Notes under the pieces: generated by a model
Told to the model about the DNA's origin: nothing
Seen by the model: the letters and a program-made list of their open reading frames with translations, nothing else
Database searches by the model: none
Part shown: piece after piece, positions 9,250-19,289 of the stretch
How the letters are laid out: each line of letters begins with the position of its first letter
Numbering within the stretch: position 1 is the first letter of the stretch
Program-made: the position numbers and the translations under genes
From: an uncultured virus (IMG/VR IMGVR_UViG_3300001282_000003)
Lineage: Duplodnaviria; Heunggongvirae; Uroviricota; Caudoviricetes
Reading direction: 5' to 3' (one strand)
IMG/VR virus record: IMGVR_UViG_3300001282_000003
Length of the DNA: 43,706 nt

Positions 9250-10142
9250 CAAATATATTAGACGGTAAATTAGTATCTAATCACATACTCACAGGAGTTA
9301 AAGAAAAGATAGATAAACACGTTGATGAATCTAAAGAAAGATTAGGATATACAATTGCTAAACCAAGTATGGCTATTGTTCTTGTTGGTAATAATCCTGC
9401 TTCTGAATCTTATGTCAAAGGTAAATTAAAAGCCTGTGAGAAAGCCGGTATCAATCATCATTTAATTAGATTTGACGAATCTATATCTGCGTTTGATTTA
9501 TTAACAGAAGTTAAGAATCTAAACAAATCTTCTTATGATGGTTTTATAGTTCAACTTCCTTTACCTGCTCATATTAAACCTGATCCTATTATCAATGAGA
9601 TCAGTGCTTACAAAGATATTGATGGGTTTCATCCACTTAACTTTGGTAAGATGGCTTTAGGTCAAAAGGCTATGAGACCAGCAACTGCTTATGGTATTCT
9701 AAAGTTGTTAGAGTATTATCAAATTGAAACAAAAGGCAAACATGTAGTTGTGATTGGTCGTTCAAATATTGTCGGTAAACCTATTTCTATTATGCTAGGT
9801 AATGACTTTAACATCGGACGAGCTACTGTTACCTCATGTGATATTAACACTCCCAAATCGCTCCTAAATGAAGAATGTCAAAAAGCAGATATCGTTATTG
9901 TTGCTGTTGGTAAACCTTGTTTAGTAACTGCTGATATGATTAAAGAAGGCGCGGTTGTTATTGATGTGGGTATTAATAAATTAGATACTGGTAAGTTAGT
10001 TGGTGACTGTGACTTTGGTGCTATTGCTGAGAAAGCAAGTTGGGTTACTCCTGTACCAGGTGGTGTTGGACCAATGACTATATCTGGTTTGATTCTAAAT
10101 ACTTATGAGGCTTGGAAGATGAAAAACTTTATTCAGGAATGA
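9231..10142 (+). CDS. folD: methylenetetrahydrofolate dehydrogenase/cyclohydrolase
   Basis: ILDGK, VGNNPASESYV..K, VQLPLP, KDIDGFHP, GRSNIVGKP, IDVGIN, TPVPGGVGPMT. Confidence 0.95.
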   Translation: METTSLANILDGKLVSNHILTGVKEKIDKHVDESKERLGYTIAKPSMAIVLVGNNPASESYVKGKLKACEKAGINHHLIRFDESISAFDLLTEVKNLNKSSYDGFIVQLPLPAHIKPDPIINEISAYKDIDGFHPLNFGKMALGQKAMRPATAYGILKLLEYYQIETKGKHVVVIGRSNIVGKPISIMLGNDFNIGRATVTSCDINTPKSLLNEECQKADIVIVAVGKPCLVTADMIKEGAVVIDVGINKLDTGKLVGDCDFGAIAEKASWVTPVPGGVGPMTISGLILNTYEAWKMKNFIQE

Positions 10143-10399
10143 AAGTAAAGTGTTTGAATATCAGTAAATACAATCAATATGATAGACTACCTCTAACAGT
10201 AGGTAAAGTATATGATGTGATAGAGGTTACACATATTCCTTTCAATTCCAGGAGGTATGATGATTATACAGGACCTTTCTATAAACTAGTTAATGATAAT
10301 GGTGAATTATCAGGTTACACAGATGAATGTGTTAGAGTTCTTACTTTAGATGAAAAGAGAGAATTAAAAATTGAAGATTTACTTAATGGAGTTCTATAA
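10139..10399 (+). CDS. small beta-barrel-like hypothetical protein with shared C-terminal tag
   Basis: ATGA overlap with the folD stop; KVKC..LTVGKVYDV..YKLVNDNG; ends KRELKIEDLLN. Confidence 0.7.
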   Translation: MKVKCLNISKYNQYDRLPLTVGKVYDVIEVTHIPFNSRRYDDYTGPFYKLVNDNGELSGYTDECVRVLTLDEKRELKIEDLLNGVL

Positions 10400-10679
10400 C
10401 TTATTTAAGATAGTATTTTCAATTGTAATTTACATTATACTATCACCAGTCATTATTCCTATTTTATTAATCAATGAAGTAAGATGGAATAAAGGTGTTT
10501 GTAGAAAGTGTAACTCTGATAGATATTATTTAGATTTCAGACCAGATAAGTTTATTAATCATCACTATGTTTGTAAGAAGTGTGGATATAGATTCTTATC
10601 ATCAAGACATAGAATTCAACCAAGTGATAACCAATTAAAAACTCTTATAAGAGGTAATAAGATAAATAAAATATTATAA
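10386..10679 (+). CDS. membrane-anchored Zn-ribbon protein with shared C-terminal tag
   Basis: Hydrophobic N-terminal helix, CRKC...CKKC, ends IRGNKINKIL. Confidence 0.65.
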   Translation: MEFYNLFKIVFSIVIYIILSPVIIPILLINEVRWNKGVCRKCNSDRYYLDFRPDKFINHHYVCKKCGYRFLSSRHRIQPSDNQLKTLIRGNKINKIL

Positions 10680-10680
10680 A

Positions 10681-10968
10681 ATGATTTATCCATCAAGAAT
10701 AAAAGGTCAGGAATATCCTCTTAGTAAGGGGGATATTGTTGTTTGTATAACTGAGAGTTTTCAAGAGTTCACTTATGGTAAGCAATATCAACTTTATTGT
10801 GATTTCGATTTAAACGTTTCGGTGACACACCGTTATTCAACTCTTCCAATTAACTCTGACTTAGGAAATCAACCTTTACCTGCTTATTACTCACCAACTG
10901 GTTATTACTTTCTACCTCTTCATATTTGGAGAGAATTGAAAATAAACAAAGTATTGGAAAATGAATAG
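10681..10968 (+). CDS. small hypothetical protein with shared C-terminal tag
   Basis: KGDIVVC...FTYGKQYQL...NSDLG; ends WRELKINKVLE. Confidence 0.7.
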   Translation: MIYPSRIKGQEYPLSKGDIVVCITESFQEFTYGKQYQLYCDFDLNVSVTHRYSTLPINSDLGNQPLPAYYSPTGYYFLPLHIWRELKINKVLENE

Positions 10969-11215
10969 AATATTGAAAATTGGAGACAGAGTTAGGAATG
11001 TAAGAGTAGGTGTTTATAAAGATGAACCTATTGTTATAGTTGGTGAATCTGACAATAACAATTCACTTAAAATTAAATTTAACAGATATCATATTAAATA
11101 TCTAAATGTTTTTACTGTTAGTGGTGATAATATGATGTCTTGGGTAGATGAAAGTGATATAGTTTTAGATATAGAATATTATAGAAACGAAAAATTAAAT
11201 AAGATATTAGAATGA
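10961..11215 (+). CDS. small hypothetical protein with shared C-terminal tag
   Basis: LKIGDRVR (SH3/KOW-like start); ends YRNEKLNKILE. Confidence 0.7.
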   Translation: MNRILKIGDRVRNVRVGVYKDEPIVIVGESDNNNSLKIKFNRYHIKYLNVFTVSGDNMMSWVDESDIVLDIEYYRNEKLNKILE

Positions 11216-12081
11216 TTGCTATATGTTCATTAGTTAGAAAACCTTTTAATTTTGATACCTGGGTTAATTATCATATAAGTATAGGCGTTTCTAAATTTCT
11301 TTTAAGTGTTGAAGACACACCAGAACTTAAAGAGGTGATTGATAGTTATGGTGAATTGATAGAAGCTGAATACATTTCAATGGATTCTAAGGATAAGTTT
11401 TATGATAGAAACTATTGGACTCTAATGGATAGACAAAAGACTTTTGTTACCAAATCAATAGAAAGATGTAAAGAGTTATCAATTGAATGGTTGATACATG
11501 TTGACACTGATGAACTTTTATGGTGTGGTGATTCTGTATTAGATTTAGTAAATAATGTAAGTAAAGATGTTGATTATATAACTGTCAAAAATTATGAAGC
11601 TGTTTATACATCAGATGATTTAGAAAATCCTTTTCTACAAACTAATACATTTATCAGCTCAAATATGACCGCATATGATAGTGGTAAAAGTATAGGTAGA
11701 ATTTCACCAAATTTAGAATTCAGAGGAGCTCATGCTTTCACTGGACAACACCAAAATATAGAAACTAAAAAGGCAGTTGTTTTACATTTTGAATCTGCTA
11801 CATTTGAAAAATGGTTTGAGAAATTCAACAATATAACTAATTCATATAATTTTTCAGATACTCAAGGGATGGGAGAGTATATGATAGATGATATGAAAAA
11901 TGAAATAAAAGAAGTTCCTATAACTTTTTATCGAGATTCATCAAGACTTGTACGATCAGGTGACATAAAAAAGTGTAGAGAGTATTATAACAAAATGAAA
12001 GTTTCTAGATATAACCCTCATACTTGGAAGTTATACTGGACACCATTACTACCAGAAAAAAATAGCCACTGGTTAAGATAA
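11212..12081 (+). CDS. GT-A fold glycosyltransferase (GT2-like/GT92-like)
   Basis: WVNYHISIGVSKF, RQK, WLIHVDTDELL (DxD), GKSIGR, VLHF. Confidence 0.8.
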   Translation: MIAICSLVRKPFNFDTWVNYHISIGVSKFLLSVEDTPELKEVIDSYGELIEAEYISMDSKDKFYDRNYWTLMDRQKTFVTKSIERCKELSIEWLIHVDTDELLWCGDSVLDLVNNVSKDVDYITVKNYEAVYTSDDLENPFLQTNTFISSNMTAYDSGKSIGRISPNLEFRGAHAFTGQHQNIETKKAVVLHFESATFEKWFEKFNNITNSYNFSDTQGMGEYMIDDMKNEIKEVPITFYRDSSRLVRSGDIKKCREYYNKMKVSRYNPHTWKLYWTPLLPEKNSHWLR

Positions 12082-12091
12082 ATAATAAATT

Positions 12092-12436
12092 ATGACAAAA
12101 ATATATTTAGCAATTCCGTATTCAAGATACGAAGAAAAAAGTTTTAAGTTAGCCAATGAAATTGCGGCTCAATTAATTAATATGGGCCACGTTGTGTTCT
12201 CACCAATCAGTATGTCACATCCAATTGCGGTTCACGGTAATCTAAAAGGTGACTGGGAAACTTGGAAAAGAATTGATTTTGAATTCATTAAATGGTGCGA
12301 TGAGGTAGTAGTTGTAAACTTTGATGAAGAAGCTGTTGCTAACTCAACAGGTGTTCAAGGTGAATTAGAATTTGCTACAGAACTTGGTAAAAATATCAGA
12401 TATTACTATGACAAGTCACGAGTGGAGAATAACTGA
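12092..12436 (+). CDS. DUF1937 / nucleoside 2-deoxyribosyltransferase-like protein
   Basis: KIYLAIPYS, VFSPISMSHP, D..FIKWCD, STGVQGELEFA..LGK. Confidence 0.7.
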   Translation: MTKIYLAIPYSRYEEKSFKLANEIAAQLINMGHVVFSPISMSHPIAVHGNLKGDWETWKRIDFEFIKWCDEVVVVNFDEEAVANSTGVQGELEFATELGKNIRYYYDKSRVENN

Positions 12437-12437
12437 T

Positions 12438-12695
12438 ATGATTGAAAAGGGATTAGTCAGCTATGTCAAAGGTGAAAAGGTTGTACTATTCCGTAGAAAA
12501 TCAAATGGTTATCCAAAAGGAATTAAAGACGGTGTTGAATATACTATAAGAGGAATCTATGGTGAAGGTATTGAAGTTGCCTTAAATTCTTCTAATGGTA
12601 TTGGTTTGTTACAATCAATAAAAGTACACAGAAGTTATATGATTCCAAAATATGCTCTACGAGATATCAATCTTAAAAAACTTCTTAATAGTTAA
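12438..12695 (+). CDS. small hypothetical protein with shared C-terminal tag
   Basis: ATG 1 nt after the upstream stop (alternative ATG at 12408); KGEKVV; ends LRDINLKKLLNS. Confidence 0.65.
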   Translation: MIEKGLVSYVKGEKVVLFRRKSNGYPKGIKDGVEYTIRGIYGEGIEVALNSSNGIGLLQSIKVHRSYMIPKYALRDINLKKLLNS

Positions 12696-12724
12696 ATACT
12701 ATAATAAAAAACAAAAAAGAATAA

Positions 12725-13903
12725 ATGGGAAAATTAGCCTTAAACTTTATCTGTAAAGATGAATCACATGTAATTGGTAAAATGCTTGAAAGTTGTAAAA
12801 CTATCACTGACTTAATCGTAGTTAATGATACTGGATCAACTGACGGTACACAAGATATAATCAGAAAATTCGGTGAAGAAAATAACATACCAACGTATGT
12901 TTTTGAAAGACCTTTCGATGACTTTGAAAAAAGTAGAACTCACGCAATGGAAAAACTTCGTGATGTTGTTAAAGAATTAGGTTGGGATCCAAACAAAGTT
13001 CATGGATATTGGTTTGACTGTGATGAGACTTTAATAATTGATCCTAAGTTTAGTAAAGACCAATTTGTTAATGACCTTTATATGATCAACACTTTCATTG
13101 GTCAGATGAAATACACTCGTAATACTTTCTTCAAAGTTTCTAAACCTTTTAGATGGTATGGTCCAATTCACGAATTTATTGTTTGTGATGAACAAAATAT
13201 CACATCTGGTTTAGCTGAAAATATTCACGTTGATGTTAAGATGACTGGTGCTTCTTGGCAAGGTGATATCCCAACTAAATATAAGAATCACGCTTTTGTA
13301 TTAGAAAAATATATTGATGCTAATCGTCAAGATCCTCGTTGGATTTTTTATACAGCTCAATCATATCATGATTCTGCTTCTATGCCTGATAATAAAGAAG
13401 AAAATGAAGAAAGATTGCGTAGAGCACTGAAGTACTATAAAGAAAGAGTTAATAGAACTGACGGATATGCTGAAGAGATTTATTATTCTCAGTTTCGTAT
13501 TGGAACTATTATGAGAAGTTTAGAAGAACCTTGGAACCTAACACATCAAGAGTTATTAAAAGCTTACAATATGGATCCGACGAGAGGCGAATCTATTAAA
13601 ATCATCATTGATTACTATCTACAAATGAATGAGTGGAATATGGCTTATCTTTACTCTAAGTTTGCTAAAGTAAATTTTCACGGTAAGAATCCTTATCCTA
13701 ATAGATTATTATTCGTTGATGAAGCACTTTATATCTGGAAGTTTGCTGAAGCTCATGCTGCCACTTGTTTCTACACAGGTAGAATGGACGAGGCTAAGGC
13801 TACATACCAAGAGATAGTTAATATTTCTAAAACATCACCACAATACTTTACTCCAGAAGACTTTGCTAAACTACAACAAAATGCTCAATTCTTCAATAGA
13901 TAA
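12725..13903 (+). CDS. GT2 glycosyltransferase with C-terminal TPR-like helical domain
   Basis: ICKDESHVI, DTGSTDGT, FDCDE, GPIHE, then FYTAQSYHD and TPR-like helices. Confidence 0.85.
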   Translation: MGKLALNFICKDESHVIGKMLESCKTITDLIVVNDTGSTDGTQDIIRKFGEENNIPTYVFERPFDDFEKSRTHAMEKLRDVVKELGWDPNKVHGYWFDCDETLIIDPKFSKDQFVNDLYMINTFIGQMKYTRNTFFKVSKPFRWYGPIHEFIVCDEQNITSGLAENIHVDVKMTGASWQGDIPTKYKNHAFVLEKYIDANRQDPRWIFYTAQSYHDSASMPDNKEENEERLRRALKYYKERVNRTDGYAEEIYYSQFRIGTIMRSLEEPWNLTHQELLKAYNMDPTRGESIKIIIDYYLQMNEWNMAYLYSKFAKVNFHGKNPYPNRLLFVDEALYIWKFAEAHAATCFYTGRMDEAKATYQEIVNISKTSPQYFTPEDFAKLQQNAQFFNR

Positions 13904-13905
13904 AG

Positions 13906-14385
13906 ATGATAAAGATAATAGTAGCAACATCAAAGAATAAAGTTATTGGTAACAATAATGAATTGATATGGAAACTATCATCTGATCTTAAACGATTCAA
14001 AGAATTAACTACTGGTCATCCAGTTGTGATGGGTAGAAAAACTTATGAATCAATTGGTAAACCTCTTCCTAATAGAAGAAACATAATCATAACGAGAAAC
14101 TTAGAATACGAAGTTAATGGTTGTGAGGTAGTTTCTTCTTTAGAAGAGGCTTTACTTTTAACAAACAATGATTGTTTTATTATCGGTGGTGGTGAAATCT
14201 ACAAACAATCATTAGAAGTAGCTGATAAAATTTATCTAACACTTGTTCATAAAGACTTTGAAGGTGATACAACATTCCCTGAATTAGGTAAAGAGTGGGC
14301 TACAATTGATACTAAAGACTTTGACGCTGATGAAAAAAACGAATATAACTATTCATTTATAGAATATGACAGATATGAATTCTAA
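13906..14385 (+). CDS. folA: dihydrofolate reductase
   Basis: IVA...VIG.NNELIW, DLKRFKELT, VMGRKTYESIGKPLPNRRNI, IIGGGEIY, GDTTFP. Confidence 0.97.
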   Translation: MIKIIVATSKNKVIGNNNELIWKLSSDLKRFKELTTGHPVVMGRKTYESIGKPLPNRRNIIITRNLEYEVNGCEVVSSLEEALLLTNNDCFIIGGGEIYKQSLEVADKIYLTLVHKDFEGDTTFPELGKEWATIDTKDFDADEKNEYNYSFIEYDRYEF

Positions 14386-14941
14386 GAAAGGTAAATTAAT
14401 TATGGTAATGGGTCCACCTGCTAGTGGTAAAAGTACATTAGCCGCTGAAGTTCATACAGAACTAAAGAAGAAAGGAATCAATTCTGCTTTCGTTAGTGAA
14501 GCAGCAACCGATTATATTGCTGAGTATGGAGTTCCTAACTCACCGTCAGATCAGATGGTGATTTTCTATAAACAGTTAAACAGAGAGAAGATGTTTTTAG
14601 AGTCAAAAGATTATATTATCTGCGACTCTAGTTCTATTCTTAATTACTTTTACTTTAGATCTTTATTTTCAACAGAACTTACTAATAAAGATATTGCTTC
14701 TATCAATCATATTCAAAAGGAAATTCTAAAACATATCAATACAATCGATATGGTGTTCTATGTACCACCGATCGATACAGATACTAATGATGGTATCAGA
14801 TTTCACCAGGGAGATGAAATAAAGAGACTTGGTGTCTTAATTAAGTCTTACTTAGAGATGGAGAATATTACTCACCAAGATTTAACAACGGTTGATATGA
14901 AAGACCGTGTTGATTACATAATCAAATCTATTTTAAAATAA
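14366..14941 (+). CDS. P-loop NTPase/kinase (NadR/AAA_28-like)
   Basis: GPPASGKST Walker A, VSEAA..Y, IICDSS, DGIR. Confidence 0.75.
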   Translation: MTDMNSKKGKLIMVMGPPASGKSTLAAEVHTELKKKGINSAFVSEAATDYIAEYGVPNSPSDQMVIFYKQLNREKMFLESKDYIICDSSSILNYFYFRSLFSTELTNKDIASINHIQKEILKHINTIDMVFYVPPIDTDTNDGIRFHQGDEIKRLGVLIKSYLEMENITHQDLTTVDMKDRVDYIIKSILK

Positions 14942-14944
14942 GAA

Positions 14945-14966
14945 ACCCATTCATTTCTGAATGGGT
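14945..14966. terminator. hairpin between convergent genes (probable terminator)
   Basis: ACCCATTCA-tttc-TGAATGGGT 9-bp stem; followed on the minus strand by TTCTTATTTT. Confidence 0.7.
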
Positions 14967-14997
14967 CTGTCAAGGGATGCTATCCCAAGAGGGGTTC

Positions 14998-16041
14998 TTA
15001 TTTATATGATTTTATAATAGAAGAAATCTCAGCTTTAATTTTACCTAACTCTTCATATCCAAATTCTTTAGGGAATTTATTACCTACTTTCTTAACACCA
15101 ACATAGTCAGATCTAAACATTACCTGACCGATATGTTCATCACAACAATGAATTTCAAAGTCATCTCCTGTTTGTTTTACTTTACAATCTTTTTGAGATG
15201 TAACTAAATCTTTAACTTTCTTTCTGAAAGAATCTTTCTTATCAGCTTTTACTTCTGTGTGTTTGTCTTTAGTTCTTACTGATTTCTCAGCAACACCTTC
15301 ACCTAACCAACTTGGTTTACCCATACCATCTTGCCAACCGCCTTCTGATCCAGAGTCATCATATCTTTCATCATCTCTTGGGTACATTCCATCTGGATCT
15401 TCTTTTTGAGATCTTCTTATTCTCTTTTCTCTTTTCTCAGCATCTTCTTTAGCTTTATGTGGAAAATTAGAGATTTCTGTTTTTTCTGATGGAGATAATT
15501 CCTCATCAGATTCATTAAGAGATTCAACAATTAAATCATCTAATTCATCTAATTTATATTTACCTATTGATTTAGAAATTTTATAATCAGATATCTTTTT
15601 CAATAACCATTCTAAATCTTCTTTCTTCTTTTCATCAGTTGCTTTGGCAAAACTTTTTTCAACACTTTCAATTAATTTATTTTTAACCTCACTGAACTTA
15701 AATCCATTAGGATATTCTTTTTTGAACTTTTCAACTTTCTTTTCTAATTCTCTTCTTTCATTTGGTGTTAAATCCGAATTCTCTTTAGCTAGTTTCTTTT
15801 TAACTTCTTCAATATCTAATGCTAACTTAACAACATTATCTAAAACAGCTTTAACAACCCTCCATTTATTCTCAATTGAAATAGTTTTACCAATTACTTT
15901 TAATAAAAGTGGAACTAATGGCTTCAATAAGAAACCAACTATTTTGAATGGTAGTTTAAGTATATCACCAATTAGTCCTTCGTTAATCATTTCTTGATTA
16001 TAAGACTCATTAAATTTTTCCCAGTTTTGGATATTTTTCAT
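14998..16041 (-). CDS. putative virion internal protein
   Basis: MKNIQNWEKFNES N-terminus, INE and LNE sites, amphipathic helix; TATATATA box at 16064-16071. Confidence 0.6.
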   Translation of the reverse strand: MKNIQNWEKFNESYNQEMINEGLIGDILKLPFKIVGFLLKPLVPLLLKVIGKTISIENKWRVVKAVLDNVVKLALDIEEVKKKLAKENSDLTPNERRELEKKVEKFKKEYPNGFKFSEVKNKLIESVEKSFAKATDEKKKEDLEWLLKKISDYKISKSIGKYKLDELDDLIVESLNESDEELSPSEKTEISNFPHKAKEDAEKREKRIRRSQKEDPDGMYPRDDERYDDSGSEGGWQDGMGKPSWLGEGVAEKSVRTKDKHTEVKADKKDSFRKKVKDLVTSQKDCKVKQTGDDFEIHCCDEHIGQVMFRSDYVGVKKVGNKFPKEFGYEELGKIKAEISSIIKSYK

Positions 16042-16084
16042 AAATAGATTTTATTTTATAGTGTATATATAAAATTATAAGCAC

Positions 16085-16109
16085 AAAAAAAACTCACCGA
16101 AGTGAGTTT
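16085..16109 (-). terminator. intrinsic terminator with UUCG tetraloop
   Basis: Minus strand AAACTCAC-TTCG-GTGAGTTT followed by a T run. Confidence 0.9.
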
Positions 16110-16127
16110 CTTAAATATTATTTGAAA

Positions 16128-16781
16128 TTATTTACTTAATAATCTGATTAAGTCTTCAGTGATTTTAGTAATCATCTTCTTACCTTCAACTTCTACTAAT
16201 GGAATATTTTTAACCATTGAATATTTATCATTACCATCTACACTAATTTTAGAAATAGCTTCAATAAACTTAGCATCTTTACCATATTTCTTAGTGTAAT
16301 ATCCTTTTAACTCATTAACGAATTTAGACAAATCAACACCTTCTTTAACGTTATATTTAACCATTTGAAGTTCGTTGTCTTGTTTTTCAACCATAATATA
16401 CCAAATAGACTTCTTAGAAACTTTAACATTCTCAAGAAAGTTATAAGCTTTAGATGCTTTAGTGTTTTTAGGGAATTTAGCAACTTTACCAAAAGTTTCT
16501 ACTTTACCTTCATGAGTTTTATCACCAGTTTCATCAATATCATTTTCAAATTCATCTTCGTCAGAAGGTAAATCTACTGTTTGGTCTTGAGGTATCAAGT
16601 TTTTTCTTGAAGCTGGTTTTTCAATTTTCTTAGAATCTCTAGACAAATTAGGATTTGCCGGCAAATCTGAATCAGTCATAGGTTTAACATCCAATGAAGG
16701 ATTAACCTCTTCTATCTTTGATTTACCTTTGATATCAGAGAATTTCTTGAACCCAACAATCTTTTTATTTTCTTCTGCCAT
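16128..16781 (-). CDS. hypothetical protein (late class)
   Basis: 217 aa; N-terminal IVGFKKFSD; AATATATA at 16806-16813. Confidence 0.75.
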   Translation of the reverse strand: MAEENKKIVGFKKFSDIKGKSKIEEVNPSLDVKPMTDSDLPANPNLSRDSKKIEKPASRKNLIPQDQTVDLPSDEDEFENDIDETGDKTHEGKVETFGKVAKFPKNTKASKAYNFLENVKVSKKSIWYIMVEKQDNELQMVKYNVKEGVDLSKFVNELKGYYTKKYGKDAKFIEAISKISVDGNDKYSMVKNIPLVEVEGKKMITKITEDLIRLLSK

Positions 16782-16845
16782 TTGATTTTATTACGTTTTG
16801 TCTATTATATATTAAATAATTTATTTAGTTTTTCGATTTTTGAAA

Positions 16846-17100
16846 TTATCTTTGTTTCCAATGATATTTATCTACCATATAGTTCTTAAAGTTCTTTATA
16901 ATATTCATTTGGTCAAACATTATAGAAACTAAGGGTTGCATTCTTTTCAACCAAGTATTCATTACATCATTCTCAAACATATGAGGCGATAAAGTTTTAT
17001 CAAGTATTGTCTCATCATATCTAATATACTTATCATTATCATCATCGTGTAGATGCTTCATATGAATCATTTCAGGTAACTGTCTTTCTTCGTATAACAT
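16846..17100 (-). CDS. hypothetical protein, possibly baseplate-associated
   Basis: 84 aa, 2 nt downstream of the gp6-like gene. Confidence 0.65.
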   Translation of the reverse strand: MLYEERQLPEMIHMKHLHDDDNDKYIRYDETILDKTLSPHMFENDVMNTWLKRMQPLVSIMFDQMNIIKNFKNYMVDKYHWKQR

Positions 17101-17102
17101 AA

Positions 17103-18824
17103 TTAAATTGGTCTATTTTTTCCGTCAACTGAGCCTTTTTTGATAATATTAACAGATTTTAAACCGTTACCATCAATATCATCTGAGTAATAAAGACCAT
17201 TTCTATCAAACCAACCACCTCTAATAATAGGAATTTCATTTGGCTCAAATACAATATCACCTAAAATAGAATCTAATCCTTTAGTTTCTGTTGGAATATA
17301 GTCAGGATTTATTGTTGATACTGATATATCATTTTGATAACTTGAATTATATTTATTCAATTTATTTTGAGCATCAGTCATTGCGCTCTTGTGATAGTCT
17401 TCGTTCTTTTTTGCTACAAATTGAACATCAACTGAGTGTATATCTTTAATAGTTGAAAGATTTCTAATAATATCTAATTTAGGTATTCTATCAATTCTCG
17501 ATAAGTCTAAGAAATAGTTAGAAATAACTTCTAAAATTTGAGAGTTAACTGAATCATCTAAAGCATCTGCGTATGGTATAACATAAACATTCATAACATA
17601 ATAAGATAAGTCTGGTGATTTGATTCTATACTTTTTAGTTAATTGTAAATTACCACCAGTCTTCAAATACTTATCAATTTTTGATATCTCATAAGAATCT
17701 AAGCTAAATGCTTTAATATCAATTGTAAAGTAATCAGAATCTGAACTTTTGAATAATTTAATATTTGGTGTTGCCATTATGAAAATAGTACCACTTCTTT
17801 CATAAGCGTTAACGTGCGAAAATACACCTAACTTTTTAATTTCATAAGCATATTGTTGAGGTAAACCTAATACAAAGTTATTAGAAGCAATAGGAAGAAT
17901 GTTTTTAGTAAACATTAAATCTTCTTTATCAGCACCAAAATTAATATCTGTATAAATATCAATATCAAATACTTTTGTTATATCTAAAGTATCTCCATTT
18001 CCGTCGAATACATCATCTAAGAATTTCCAATCATTTCTAGTTCTTCTGTAAATATTTCCATTAGCACCATCAGTTTTTATATAACTTATAAATATTCTTG
18101 AACTAATTTCAGGAATAGCACCAAAACCACCGTTTCCGAATATAACATCAATACCACCATTAAATCCTGTTCTAACTACACAAGCTTTTTCCTCTGGTAT
18201 CATTTCCCAAATGTGTTTTTTAATTGACCAGTATTCACCATTAACTAAAACTTCTACATTAAAGTTTTCAACATCTTTAACTGAACTTTCCGAAAAGTTA
18301 AATGTTTGTAATTGAGTACCATCACCTGTTCTTGAGTTTTCATTCCATTCACCTTGAATGATAGGTATAAAAAATTGATAGTTAGGAGTTATTTTATGAC
18401 TAACTCTCTCAACACCTGTATTAAGCATGTAGTATAAACTATTTGTTTCATTTTTTATTTTAGTTCTATTGACAATTAAAATTCTACCACCAGGTATTTC
18501 TTTATCTAAATCAATATTACTTTTTAATGTAAATCTTAATGTACCTGTAGCACTTATGCCTCTACCTGGATTATGACCAGCAAATATAGCAGCATTTCTT
18601 ATAATTCTTTCATTTAGTGAGTTGTTATCACCTAAATCAAATTGATTAATAGCATTTTTCAAATATAAAAAAGACATTTGGTGTAGATTCTCTAATACTG
18701 AAAGAATCTGACCATAAGGTGAAGCAGGGCTGAAAAGAATCTGACCTTTATTATGTTGTTCTCTCAGATAAACCTCAATCTGATATTTGATATTTGTATA
18801 AGTAATCTCTATAAAATTTGCCAT
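17103..18824 (-). CDS. baseplate wedge subunit (T4 gp6-like)
   Basis: ASPYGQILSVL, A.F.GHNP.R.ISATG, IIQGE, VIFGNGGFGAIPE...IFISYIKTDGANGN, GADKE resemble gp6/baseplate-J. Confidence 0.8.
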   Translation of the reverse strand: MANFIEITYTNIKYQIEVYLREQHNKGQILFSPASPYGQILSVLENLHQMSFLYLKNAINQFDLGDNNSLNERIIRNAAIFAGHNPGRGISATGTLRFTLKSNIDLDKEIPGGRILIVNRTKIKNETNSLYYMLNTGVERVSHKITPNYQFFIPIIQGEWNENSRTGDGTQLQTFNFSESSVKDVENFNVEVLVNGEYWSIKKHIWEMIPEEKACVVRTGFNGGIDVIFGNGGFGAIPEISSRIFISYIKTDGANGNIYRRTRNDWKFLDDVFDGNGDTLDITKVFDIDIYTDINFGADKEDLMFTKNILPIASNNFVLGLPQQYAYEIKKLGVFSHVNAYERSGTIFIMATPNIKLFKSSDSDYFTIDIKAFSLDSYEISKIDKYLKTGGNLQLTKKYRIKSPDLSYYVMNVYVIPYADALDDSVNSQILEVISNYFLDLSRIDRIPKLDIIRNLSTIKDIHSVDVQFVAKKNEDYHKSAMTDAQNKLNKYNSSYQNDISVSTINPDYIPTETKGLDSILGDIVFEPNEIPIIRGGWFDRNGLYYSDDIDGNGLKSVNIIKKGSVDGKNRPI

Positions 18825-18835
18825 ATAGCTATTTA

Positions 18836-19168
18836 TTATTTATTTAATTCGTTTAAGTACTCTTCAGAGAATCTATTTTTTTCAAAAATCTCTTTAACAT
18901 CAGATGTTAAATCATCTATGCTTGAAAATCTATCAACAAAATCAGCACTTTCATTAAGTGGATTTTCTGAATAAGACCAATTGAAACTATAGTTTTCCAA
19001 TTCTTTTTTAGATACTACCATCTTAACTTCTTTACCTTCATTGATAATAGAAACTTCAATGTAGTTACCAAGTTTTAAATTTGATTTTTCTTCTATTTTA
19101 ATCTCTGAATTTAGAAACTGTGAAAGAAGGTCACCGTGAATCTTATTGATATTATATTTAAAGTCCAT
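18836..19168 (-). CDS. hypothetical protein (late class)
   Basis: 110 aa; AATATATA at 19189-19196; heads the gp6 operon. Confidence 0.7.
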   Translation of the reverse strand: MDFKYNINKIHGDLLSQFLNSEIKIEEKSNLKLGNYIEVSIINEGKEVKMVVSKKELENYSFNWSYSENPLNESADFVDRFSSIDDLTSDVKEIFEKNRFSEEYLNELNK

Positions 19169-19289
19169 TTTTTTGAATTTATTTTATTTATATATTAAAT
19201 TAGACCTACTACTTATCATATTTTTAGACAAAATTAAAATTGGTAGTTTTTATAATAAATATATACCTTATAAAATATAGAAAATAGAA

